Assembly: GCF_001194135.2 (NCBI RefSeq)
Contig: NC_068990.1
Span: 35,039,533-35,103,532, forward strand
Reading direction: 5' to 3'
Length of the DNA stretch: 64,000 nucleotides
Source: Octopus bimaculoides
Taxonomy: Eukaryota
In this document: positions 1-11,880 of the stretch, piece by piece
Layout of the letters: each line of letters starts with the position of its first letter
Position numbering within the stretch: position 1 is the first letter of the stretch
Position numbers and translations under genes: made by a program
The notes under the pieces: generated by a model
The model's database searches: none
Told to the model about the DNA's origin: nothing
Seen by the model: only the letters and a program-made list of their open reading frames with translations

Positions 1-832
1 AATGATTCACCAGGTCACATGTACTCTGGTTTCTGCTTCTTGCAAGCCTTGTAGTTGCATTTACACACTCAAGCGTTACATATATCTATAGATAACCTAC
101 GTGTGCATAAGCTCTTACAACTGCACAAACATATACAATCACTAATCTCGTAGTATATATACATAAAAAGAAATTAATTCTAGCGTATTGATATTTACCT
201 CTGCATTTTTGTAAATTAATAACAATTTATGGAAAAATTTGAAATACATAAAAAAAAAGAAAACTTTCATGCATAATTGATAAAGAAATGTATTTCAACT
301 GGCAACCGATATTCTTATTGGGTTTACTTTACTACAATTGTACTGGTTTGCCATTCTGTTGTAGGTTTAGTTATTTATATTTTATTTGATTTTGTATCGG
401 GAGTGGCGAACAAAAGAGTCGTTGTTTACGAGAGAAAGAGAAAGAGAAGAACGAATAATAAAATCAAATCTCAGCTCTTACTACCCAAAGAAATAGCACA
501 ATAGTACATTTGTCTGGAGTTTAAATGATCTTGCTAAACGAGCGCTTTTGGGCCAGCGACAAGACAGAACTACTGTAGAGAAATAGTGTGATGAATTGGA
601 GTTTTAAGTTCGCAAAGTGGTCATTTTGTACATGGTATTCGATATAATAAGTGTAGTTATATTTAGCTTTAATACTAGCTAAAGGTTTTAATGATTTCGC
701 AGTGAAACAAATCGTTTCGCAATTCTTATAGCTATAAAAAAATAAGAAAAATGTCTATAAAACTTAATTTAGAATTCCATATTGCAAATTTTAAAATTTC
801 TAGTTTAACTTCTCTTAGAGCGCATAAAACTT

Positions 833-900
833 CACACACACACATACGCGCACATGCACGCACACACGCACACACACACACACACACACACATACACACA
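833..900. repeat. (CA)n/(CACG) microsatellite
   Basis: Directly visible dinucleotide run. Confidence 0.95.
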
Positions 901-1089
901 CTGGGTTCTATCGGATTAAGTCCGATAGAACAACAAAGCACTTAAATGACTTGAGTGTCCCCATATATATATATATATATATATACATATTTAAAAGACT
1001 TGGGTACTCCTCTATATACATACATTATAGTCCATAGCGTATTTGAATATCAAAGAAAGGATATAAGTAATTGACCATTCAATAAATTT

Positions 1090-1915
1090 TATTCAATGAA
1101 ATAATTCCATTATTATAAACAATCTTTGCATATCTATCAGGCAATTCAAATATTCCATCAGCATAAAATTGGGCTGGTTTTGAAGAAAAAGCGTTATCTA
1201 GATGCATTTTGACTCAATCTAAATCGTCAAATGTTTTTCCTTGCAATGAGTTCTGTAGAGACAAAAACAAGTGGTAGTCGGGTGGCGCAATATCAGGAGA
1301 ATATATTGGATGGGGTAAGAGATCCCAGCCAAATTCATGTAACTTTGTTCGGGTAGCTAAAAAACACATGTGGTCGGGCATTGTCTTGTTGGCAATCTTC
1401 GGCCTCAATTCTCTGATTATTTTGCTCAAGTTAGCCAAATGAAAGCAGTACGCATCAGAATTAATAGTCTAGTTTTGTGGGAGAAGCTCATGATAAATAA
1501 TTCCTTTATGATTCCACTAAACACCAAGCATAGTTTTTTGGCATGGATATTCGTCTTTGGTTGCGGTTTGGGGGAATCCTTACGAAAACTTCACTATTTT
1601 TGTTGCACTACGTTTTCGTACACAATCCATTTTTCATCTCCGGTCACAAGTTGTTTCAAAAACGGCATACTTTCATTCCGTTTCAAAAGCATATCACGAA
1701 CGGAATAACAGTCCAAGCAATTATTTTCTGAGAGTTTGTGAGGGACCCATATATTATAGCGAGAAATGCATCCTCGCTACACTAGATGTTCATGAACCGT
1801 ACCTTTAGAAACTTCCAGCTCCTCTGCAAGTTCCCTAGTCGTGATAGCTGAGCTTTCTTCGATTTTTGCTTTCAAAGGAAATCGTTTGATAGCTTACGGG
1901 TAGGACCATAATGAA
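1090..1915 (-). mobile_element. Decayed mariner (DD34D, Tc1/mariner) transposase
   Basis: Minus-strand translation across frameshifts and stops gives mariner motifs in order: TTRELAEEL (HTH), IWVPHKL, LKQLVTGDEKWIVYEN, QQDNARPH, HPIYSPDIAPPDYHLF, and a C-terminal SKPAQFYADGIFELPDRY. TIRs were not identified and the boundaries are approximate. Confidence 0.92.
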
Positions 1916-3706
1916 TCATAAATTGTTTGATTCCTACTTTATTAACGTTAACAAAGATTTTAGATATGATAATTATTTTATCGGCTTAGGAAGAAAAACG
2001 AATAATGAACTTCATTGAAATTGGAACTCACATCATAAGGAGCTCCACATAATTACCAAGAGTATTTTGCCGCCGCTCTAATGAATCCATAAAATCGCAT
2101 CAGAAGTGTCTTCAAATCGAGTTCACGATCCGGTTTCGATTTCAGCTGACATTACTTTATTCTTAAATGAACTTAATGTACCGTAATATATTCATTTCAT
2201 CGTCTTCACATTATAAAAGGCATTTATTTCTCATTAACGTTTTCTTATTAGCATATCATATAATGTGAATGATATATTCGGTTTTCTTTTATGGTATTAT
2301 ATCATTTTTTATCAGATACATTATATATTTATAAAAAAAATGAAGAACTAGATTGATATTTCTGTCATGTAAACCCAAGAAAATGGAGACAATGGTGAAA
2401 AGATAATAACAAGTATAAAAGAGAAACTGAACAGAAAAACACAAAATACAATTCACCATTCTATTATTTTATACATATCATTGAAGATGAGAATTCGGAC
2501 AACACTGCCTTTTGCTTTGATATATCTATAAATATATAAATATATAATTAACTAGTCAATACCAAACCTCTCTAGAACTTTACAGTTCCATGATTAAAAA
2601 AAAGGCAAACAAGTATTAAAGACAAATGAAATAAATAAATAAATAATGCAACTCCGAAATTAAAGATAACACATAATATTCCTGGAATCAAAAGCAAATG
2701 CCATTATTTCCCAAACACGAAAGAAAATTGAAGTGAAAAAGAACAAGCAAAGAAACAAAGAATGGACCGAAGAAAGATAGAAAAGCAAAACAAAACAAAA
2801 CCAGATTGTTCTTAATAAAACATGATCAAAATAGAAGGAAATATATACACGCAGAGGATAAGAAGAAAAACAACCACAACAACAATACATTCGTAATATG
2901 CTAAGTCGAAAATTGAAGAAAGATGCAATGATATTTCATGGAAACTGTAATTTTTTGATAGGATGACTCTAACTAACATCTTTCATATCTCATATATAAC
3001 ATTTCTAGTTTCCACTATCGCTGAAGATAGAAGAATAATAGAACTAGAAGAATGAAACGAGATCAAACTACGTTGTCACAGTGATAGTTGTGATTATAAC
3101 ATATTGAGAATAATCGAGAACAATGTATGCTCACTGATACATGCACTCACAGCTACGTACACACATATGCACATACAGGCACATGTAGTTACATTTTGCA
3201 AGAAAAAAATGTATTGGAAATTATGTGGTTAAGTATTTCTGAAAGACAAGAGCCATACCGATGTAAGTCAAAAGATTAAATATTTTCACTTTAAATTTTC
3301 CTTCAAGCAAAAATTCTAAGAAACAGGTATTTCAAGCAAGCATACAATTAATACTTTCCAAAATAATTAAGATAAATCTATACACATATTCTGACCAAAA
3401 TATTCAGAAAATGACAAAATACAAAGACAGGTAAAAAGTAACAAATGTTCCTACTATAATGATTTGTGTCTCGCCAAAACAAAATAGACACTAAAAGCAA
3501 CAGGATCTGTAAAGCATTGATGTTCTCGATTATCCATTATTATATTTCATACAGTAAAATCGAAAATCATTCTTTAGATCCCATATTTCACCATATGCCA
3601 TCGAGCGAATGTGCAAAATTCAGTCAGAAGTTCAGAATAAGTCACAGAATAATACGGAACACTGGTGATTTATTATATAAACTTTTAATATAATTGTTCA
3701 CACTTA

Positions 3707-3890
3707 ACGCGGTGAGCTAGCAGAATGGCTAGCATATCGGTAAAATGCTTAGCGGCATTTCGTTCGTCTTTATGTTACGAGTTCAAATCTCGCCGATGTG
3801 CATTTTGTTTATCCATTTTTTCGAGGATAGATGAAATAAATAACAGTTAAGAACTAAGTTCGTTATTATCGACTTGTCTCCTTCCCCGAG
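3707..3890 (+). mobile_element. tRNA-derived SINE, family B (GGCGGCGAGCTGGCAGAA-type), diverged copy
   Basis: The head GCGGTGAGCTAGCAGAAT, a B-box-like GAGTTCAAATC and the body are similar to other copies in this window (39424, 50535, 51036, 52855, 63029). Confidence 0.75.
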
Positions 3891-4416
3891 AGAGACTAGT
3901 TGAATCGATTCTCACTGGTTAGGAATGGTGAGGTTGAAGGCTATTCATTAATTCCGAAACGAATGACGATTAATTCGTTAAGTGATACAATTCACGTGCA
4001 TGTGGGCTGTATAGGTCCTTGTTGGGTAGAACCACCACGGACAATACATATGTTTCGTAGAACATGAGTATCATTTGGGATCGGGACGACTATCGATATG
4101 AACTGATCGACACTACATTTCACAGTTTAACCACAGTGTGATAGTTCTACGGCATGCAAATGTAATTGTATCATTAAGAGCCAAATTATATTTCGTTCAT
4201 AAAACTACTGAGTTCAAATCCTTACATATATTTAAAAAGAACAACAGCAAGCCAATTCAGTACCCTGCATTCAAATTCAGTATCATATTACCAATCATCA
4301 AAGCTAGTCACAATACTCTAAGTAGAATGTTGTACAAATTGGAGACTCCGTTTTGTGTTTTTTATATAATAATCTGTATCAGAAATGACTATGATTTAAG
4401 TGACACATTTATATAT

Positions 4417-4418
<2 letters not shown>

Positions 4419-4458
<40 letters not shown>
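4419..4458. repeat. (GT)n microsatellite
   Basis: Directly visible. Confidence 0.95.
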
Positions 4459-4460
<2 letters not shown>

Positions 4461-5679
4461 TTGTTTGTCTACAGACATGTATATACATGTATGTGTATGT
4501 GTAAGTGTGTATGCGCGCATGCGCGTGTGTAGTAATAATAAATTTCTTTGATTTATAGTAAAAAGTGACTTCGCATCAAAGGATAGTAAACGACACCTTG
4601 TGGTGATTGTGATCTTCATTTATTAATCATGCACAAACAGGAGACAAATGTGTTCAATGAATTCTCGTTATATGGGAACAGTTTAAAAAATAATTTATAA
4701 GATGTCGTTGAATGGGTCGTAACTACTCTCTGTTTGGTTATATTTCGAATGGCACCATATTAGGAATGACCTTGATCACATGTTTAGCATACTATCATTG
4801 ACTGTTGCCTCGGGAAAATAACTGAAAACGGTGTTGAGATTAATCAGTGAGAATCAGGAATACAATTTCTGAAGCGTCTATAAAGATACGAATGATTCAA
4901 AGCAACGCCACCTATTCTGATATATACCAGATGTAGAAATAAAAGAAGCATAAACAAAGCTGCATTGATTGATGTATGTTTTATTAGAAACTATCATGTT
5001 TAGGGATCTAATCTCAGAAAGTAAACATGGTTGGGAGATATTTAGCGAAGAACACGGAAGTGCCAAGCTNNNNNNNNNNNNNNNNNNNNNNNNNNNNNNN
5101 NNNNNNNNNNNNNNNNNNNNNNNNNNNNNNNNNNNNNNNNNNNNNNNNNNNNNNNNNNNNNNNNNNNNNNNNNNNNNNNNNNNNNNNNNNNNNNNNNNNN
5201 NNNNNNNNNNNNNNNNNNNNNNNNNNNNNNNNNNNNNNNNNNNNNNNNNNNNNNNNNNNNNNNNNNNNNNNNNNNNNNNNNNNNNNNNNNNNNNNNNNNN
5301 NNNNNNNNNNNNNNNNNNNNNNNNNNNNNNNNNNNNNNNNNNNNNNNNNNNNNNNNNNNNNNNNNNNNNNNNNNNNNNNNNNNNNNNNNNNNNNNNNNNN
5401 NNNNNNNNNNNNNNNNNNNNNNNNNNNNNNNNNNNNNNNNNNNNNNNNNNNNNNNNNNNNNNNNNNNNNNNNNNNNNNNNNNNNNNNNNNNNNNNNNNNN
5501 NNNNNNNNNNNNNNNNNNNNNNNNNNNNNNNNNNNNNNNNNNNNNNNNNNNNNNNNNNNNNNNNNNNNNNNNNNNNNNNNNNNNNNNNNNNNNNNNNNNN
5601 NNNNNNNNNNNNNNNNNNNNNNNNNNNNNNNNNNNNNNNNNNNNNNNNNNNNNNNNNNNNNNNNNNNNNNNNNNNNNNC

Positions 5680-5908
5680 ATATATACACACATACACGCT
5701 TGCATACATTCATACATACATACATACATACATACATACATACATACATACATGCATGTATACACACATGCATTCATGCATGCATCCATGTATACATACA
5801 AGCATACATACATGCGTGCATGCATGCATACATACATGCATACATACATGCATACATACATGCATACATACATGCATACATACATATATATATACATACA
5901 TACATACA
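5680..5908. repeat. (TACA)n/(TGCA) tetranucleotide microsatellite next to an assembly gap
   Basis: Directly visible. Confidence 0.95.
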
Positions 5909-5984
5909 TGTCGAAAGCCTGGGCATCAAACGTGGAAATGTTCTGACCACCACTGAAAACTCTCACATGAACAGCGACACGGAG

Positions 5985-6403
5985 AGTATCTATGTGAGAA
6001 TAGAAAGCCAGACATAGTGTCAATTGAGAAAGAAAGCAAACGATGCTGACTCATAGATGTAGCATGCCCAGCTGACAACAAGGTATGCGAGAAGGAAGAA
6101 AGAAAATTCGGTAGATATGACAGGTTAGCTTGCGAGGTTAAGCAGTTGTGGACGCTGAAAAAGGTGGTAGTAGTACCAATAATTGTCAGAGACCTGAGAT
6201 CAGTGAGTAAAAATCTTGAGAAGTATATGGAACAAATAAGGGTTGCAATAAGGTTGGAGCACTTGCTGAAAACAGCACTGCTTGGAACCGCTCGAATACT
6301 TCGAATAGTACTCGAAAAATAAAGGTTGTAACCTTAGTTCACTGGTGGTGAACAGCTCACACCGTAGTACATCTCCAGCCTTAGAAGCCGTGCAAATACA
6401 ATA
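5985..6403 (+). mobile_element. 5'-truncated R4/Dong-like non-LTR retrotransposon 3' end (RLE domain plus 3'UTR), lineage A
   Basis: Translation ENRKPDIVSIEKESKRC*LIDVACPADNKVCEKEERKFGRYDRLACEVKQLW...VVVVPIIV...KTALLGTARILRIVLEK* matches the PD-(D/E)xK restriction-like endonuclease C-terminus of R2-superfamily (R4 clade) elements. The 3'UTR runs into (TAA)n. Confidence 0.85.

Positions 6404-6448
<45 letters not shown>
6404..6448 (+). repeat. (TAA)n tract at the R4-like 3' end
   Basis: Directly visible. Confidence 0.95.
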
Positions 6449-6458
6449 NNNNNNNNNN

Positions 6459-6611
6459 TGCACTACTAGGCATCGCACACATCCTACGCAAAACACTTTC
6501 AATACAGTAACCACAGGAGCATCACAGCAAACCACAACACATACCCAAGGCACACAGAACTGCGCTCGGTAGTGAAGTGAAGGCACGTTATAAAAATAAA
6601 ACTACTGAATG
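6459..6611 (+). mobile_element. R4/Dong-like lineage B, extreme 3' end (last codons plus 3'UTR), followed by (TAA)n
   Basis: Encodes ALLGIAHILRKTLSIQ*. Its 3'UTR (..CCCAAGGCACACAGAACTGCGCTCGGTAGTGAAGTGAA..ACTACTGAAT) is close to but not identical with the copy at 6650-7065. Confidence 0.85.
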
Positions 6612-6649
6612 ATAATAATAATAATAACAATAATAATAATAATAATAAT

Positions 6650-7060
6650 TTTCTAATTGATGTATCAATACCAGCAGATGACACCGTTTCTCTAAAAAAA
6701 ATGGAAAAACTTTCAAAATACAAAGACCTGGAAATAGAGATAACTCGAATGTGGAATCTAAAAACAGAAACAATTCCTATCATAGTAGGTGCCTTAGGTA
6801 TAATAAAAAAATATTCAGACAAATACATAACAAAAATAGCAGGACTTACAAATATATATAACATACAGAAAATTGCACTACTGGGTACTGCACACATTCT
6901 ACGCAAAACACTTTCAATACAGTAAACATAAGAGCACCACAGCAAACCNNNNNNNNNNTACAGTAAACATAAGAGCACCACAGCAAACCACAGCACATAC
7001 CCAAGGCGCACAGAGTTGCGCTCGGTAGTGAAGTGAAAGCACGTTATAAAAATAAAACTA

Positions 7061-7065
<5 letters not shown>
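6650..7065 (+). mobile_element. 5'-truncated R4/Dong-like lineage B (RLE C-terminus plus 3'UTR), flanked by (TAA)n on both sides
   Basis: The uninterrupted frame FLIDVSIPADDTVSLKKMEKLSKYKDLEIEITRMWNLKTETIPIIVGALGIIKK...KIALLGTAHILRKTLSIQ* (ORF 6701-6925) is a typical R4-clade endonuclease tail. A 10-N gap lies inside the 3'UTR. Confidence 0.9.
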
Positions 7066-7122
<57 letters not shown>

Positions 7123-7283
7123 CAACAACAGAACAAACAGCATCATCATCATCATCATCACCATCATCATCATCATCTTCATCATCATTTTCGTCATCAT
7201 CATCATCATTTTCGTCATCATCATCATCATTTTCGTCATCATCATCATCATCAGCAGCAGCAGCAGAAACAACAACAACAACA
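7066..7283. repeat. Compound trinucleotide microsatellite (TAA)/(CAA)/(CAT)/(CAG)
   Basis: Directly visible. Confidence 0.95.
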
Positions 7284-7911
7284 TCGTATATTATTCTGAT
7301 GACACCTTGTATAACTCTTGAAATCGTACAATTTGATTAAGAGAAAGCCCAGAAAATGGAAGTAAAAGACTAACAAAGATTTTAAATAACGAACAGACTC
7401 AATGACTGCGTAAAATTTTAGTTAACTGTTCTTTTAAAATAATCATGACATTACGTATGATATACGAAAGGGGTAGAAGGGTGTCATTTTAAGTGATTGC
7501 TACTGGTTGATTCGCGTTTTAAATATAATACCATATCTTACTCTTATATAGTAGAAAATATTAAAACCGACAGTTTTTAAATGAAATACGTGAGTTATTG
7601 AATTCGAAAATATTGAAAGGAACTTTGAATGAAGACAAACGAGGTAAAATCAAAGCAGAAATATATATTAGAATTATGAATAATTGAAATACTAAAAACG
7701 GACAAGAAAAGGATACACACGTACACACACACACACACACAAACACGCACAAACACACACACACACACAGGAACTCACACACCCACGCACGCACTCACAG
7801 AAGCACTCATGCACCTGCGCACACACAGAAGCACTCACGCACCTGCGCACACACAGAGTAAGTGTGTGTCTTAAACATCGTTCATTCCTTTATCTGATAT
7901 ATATATATCTA

Positions 7912-7950
<39 letters not shown>

Positions 7951-8699
7951 NNNNNNNNNNNNNNNNNNNNNNNNNNNNNNNNNNNNNNNNNNNATATATA
8001 TATATATATATACACTCACCACACACAAACGCACAACACCCACACGCAGACACATACAACTACACTCACACCCTCACACATATATATGCGTCTGTGTATT
8101 TATGTACATCTTCAACCCCGTAAAAGGAGTCGTATTAAATAAGCAAAGAATTCGAAATAAAGGGAAATGTCATCGAAAGAAGGTAAATCTAAATATGAAA
8201 GGAATCAAAAGGACGAAAAATTCTAATGAAATACATAACTAAAAGAGACACAAAAGAACTGTAGATAAATATTTCTAAAACATAAACTGATAAAAGAGAC
8301 GGAGTCTGTGAAGGAATTTAAGCGAAAACAATATATTGAAAGGTATTTCGCCTAAATGATTTCGCCTAAATGATTTCGCCAAAGATAATTTCAATAACGT
8401 TAACTAAGAAATGTATTCATAGTGAGACGAACAAGCAATGGCTTCTCCACTCTGACAGAATATTTCAGTGTTCTATATGAGTAACGTTGATTGCGTTACT
8501 GATTTCATTTGATGAAAGTTACGGGAAAGCTATATACTGTTATTGAAACCTACAGTTTACACCAGGTACTTGTATGGCATACCAGATGGAAGTGATGAAA
8601 TTAATGATAGATTGAGAAAATAATTCCACGCACTACCTTAACTACATAAAACTTGTAAGCAATTCAGCAAGCCCATTTTTTATATAGAAAAGTACAAAT

Positions 8700-11600
8700 A
8701 CGAAACAATTAATATATTATTTATGTGTATACAGAAATAGTAATAACTACATTTATAGTCATGGACACAGAGAATATTCGTAGGAACATAAAGCAGCAAT
8801 AACAAAATCGTTCTAAAGAAGAGTCTTTAGATTGTCTGCCACCAAAGCAGTAGTGCATAAAGAAATTAATACGATAAAACAAACTGTAGAAAATAAAAGT
8901 TACTTAAATATATTAGAAAGCAAAATTACACAATAAAGAATCTAAGTTAACACAATAAATATTGCAGACAAAGCACTCACTAAAAAGGGGGGAAAATAAA
9001 AAGCTAAATTATATTATATAAACAAATGCAACCAGACTATACAATTCTTGAATACGTTATCAAAAGATTTATTAAACAGAACACAACAAACAGGGAACCA
9101 AATATTTTCATTGATATTATATTACAGGAATACGAAAATTAATAATCTCTGCATCAAGAACCAGCCGCAATTCCTAGGCGGGGAATAAAGCCCATATGAT
9201 CATGTACTTTATAAATTTAAACGTAATGTTAGATAATGTAAGACCAAAACAAAATGTACTTATGAAATCACAGACAGGATGTTTCCCGTCTGGAAACATT
9301 TTGATTCTAAATTTGATTAATTGGACATCAGTTGAGGTTAAACATCTCGTTCATACATACATACATACATATATACAAACTTACATACATACATATACAT
9401 ACATACACACATACATTCGTACACACGTACGTACATACATATACACAAACATACAAACATATATACATACATACGTACATACATACATACATGCATGCAT
9501 ACATACATAAATGCATACATACATATGGAAGCAACCTAGATGGAAAACAAAACTTGAAGAATATATTAGCAAACTACGCCGCTGTTTTGGATGGTTAACC
9601 AATTATACCTTATGCAAAATTTAGCAAAATTCTACGGTGACTCTTCACAAAAATCTTGTGATGGAAAACTAATTACTATGAGGCACAAACTGAGGACTGT
9701 GAGCAGAAAAAAAAACATAGCTACCGTAGAAAACATTTTGGGCGAACAAGTATAAATCACAAGTTTGTTTCTGACACAGGAGAAAGGAGGAAGAAAAATA
9801 TTACCGTTGAAAAAGCCTCCTTCTCAAAAAGATCTTGAATAATTCTGGTCTGAGATCTGGAATGAAAAAAAAAAGATTAAAAAAAAAAGATCTGAAAGTA
9901 AACTTGTTACTTTAATCTCTACAGATATTCCATAGAAATTTTAATTCTGTTACGACGTTTCGTATTCGAGACGTCAGCTGTATACAAACAATGAAATCGA
10001 AGATTAGAAAAGTATATCCTACCAACATCAAGAGTAAAACATGTAGAATTGAGTCCGAAACTCTCACTATAGCTGTAGTTATACTGCATAATGGACAGGT
10101 GGCTGGAATAGATATAATTGCTGGATATGTGTACAAGTAGTCCACATTTTACAGAATGCCTTTAACATGTATATTCAAAATGATTATTGAATGCCAGATT
10201 GACACACCAAATTGACTTGCTACAGTAGCCAATAATGAAGCCACCAAACCATCAGAAAATTATAGGCATATTGCTTGCCTAAACATTATGCAGAAATTGT
10301 TCCCATGTTGTCTTAACCAATTCCTTCAGGATCAGTGTGTTCCCAACAACAGTGATAGCTGAGCATGCAGCTGGAAAGGAGGGATTGTGGGGATGTGCAA
10401 AACAAAATTTGATGAACAAAGCTGTACTCTCGGTAGTAATAAATCACCACAGAGATTTTGTAACATTACAGCTTGATTATAGGAAAGCATTCAGCTCTAT
10501 TCCCCACTTATGTCTGCCTAAGTCTCTTCACTTGACAAAAGTACCTACAATTGAAAGGCTTACAAAGACCCGTGCAACAATCCTCCTACATAACTGAGAG
10601 CAGACGATCGTCTTAGCTGACATAGAAATGGAACTGATCAAAAGAAATGTTTATGTTTGATCATTCAAGCCCCCACCCCGATACGCAAATCTGTGCATCA
10701 ACGCTCTTTCTGTATCTCCTTTACCACACAAAGAATACTACAGCAATCTTGGCATTAATGGAAACATAAATGAAGGTGCTGTGAAGAAAGATAGAATGAC
10801 CTAAGAATATTATAGCACACTGAATAATATGGAAATGAAAGCTATTCTTTTACAGTGCGGACATCAACGCTTGAGAAAGATGACTTGTCTGTAGAAAGAA
10901 TCCACTCTATACAAATTAATAGCCACAAGGTTCTGATACCAACTGAAACTTTCACAGAAACAGTGATGTCGACATGCTCTACCTAACAAGTGATGAAACA
11001 TGCAATGATTTAAGATCAGTGAAGAGAGCTTTTGAATGTCGTATTGTCTTTCTCACACACCTTCTAAACAACAGAGGCAAAAATATATACATAAGTCTAG
11101 TGCTAAAAAATGAAGAATAAAACATTGTACGTATCGACAATGAGTTCCTCCGGAAGCACTCTGTCATTGACGACCCACCATACAACTCCAAAACTACTGG
11201 ACTAACATAGCCCAAAGAAGGCCAAGCTTGGGAACATTCAACATGCTAAAATTGATAAATAAAATAAAACAAAACCAAATAAACAAACACTATAAATAGT
11301 ATATTTTCGAAAGAGATGGCATGAAGTTCATCCTCTCTCGAACTCTACACCACACCATCACATCACATTTCGAAGGCTTTGCATTTGCAACCCGAAAACA
11401 AGAAATTGATACAAATACCTACTAAAAAGAAAAATAGACGGTAAAGCTCTTCATGCCTCAAGATGCCATCAAATATATAAATAAGGTCATAATCCTGTGG
11501 AAGACATTACACAAAGGATTAGCAGCTGCCCAAAAGTCATTATGACACTACCATCTAATGCAATATGGTGTTGTCATTAAAACGATATACAATATAATCC

Positions 11601-11880
11601 GAATAAAATGACTATCCTGAAATAATTAGAGAACCTCCTCACTGTTATTGAATATACACATAAAAAACAAACAACACAAAGAATATTGTTGAAATGTTTT
11701 CATTAAAACTACAATCAAGCGTAAATATAACAGACTGGATATTTGTTTTGGACAAAAGAAAAAGTATTTACATACCATCATAGAGATCAGCTGCCTAGAT
11801 GATGTGAATATCTCGTCAAAAATCAAAGATGCTTAGCCAGAGACAGTTCTCTTAAAATCATAACACACCTGACTTTATTT
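8700..11880 (+). mobile_element. Long, heavily decayed R4/Dong-like RLE retrotransposon, lineage C
   Basis: Ordered remnants across frameshifts: KPPSQKDLE*FWSEIWNEK (~9820-9870), ENYRHIACLNIMQKL, GKEGLWGCAKQNLMNK, LDYRKAFSSIPH (RT motifs, ~10255-10510), SDVDMLY...FECRIVFL (~10965-11050), SHFEGFAFA, VEDITQRISSCPK (CCHC knuckle, ~11500-11535) and TIIEISCLDDVNISSKIK (RLE, ~11775-11828). The RT core appears deleted and the boundaries are approximate. Confidence 0.8.
9352..9525. repeat. (TACA)n microsatellite inside the R4-like relic
   Basis: Directly visible. Confidence 0.95.

Noticed and set aside
3012-3088. CTGAAGA...GAAAC...GTC with an ACTATCG/TGATAGT helix (hammerhead-like)
   Set aside because: The helix II region is an unpaired purine run, and helix I is displaced 4 nt from the cleavage triplet.
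4985-5069. LISESKHG, reminiscent of a CR1/L2 RT motif
   Set aside because: Too short, cut by a gap, and with no second motif.
6918-6989. 31-bp direct repeat on both sides of a 10-N gap
   Set aside because: Identical overlap across a minimal gap is a typical contig-overlap artefact, so I treated it as one element.
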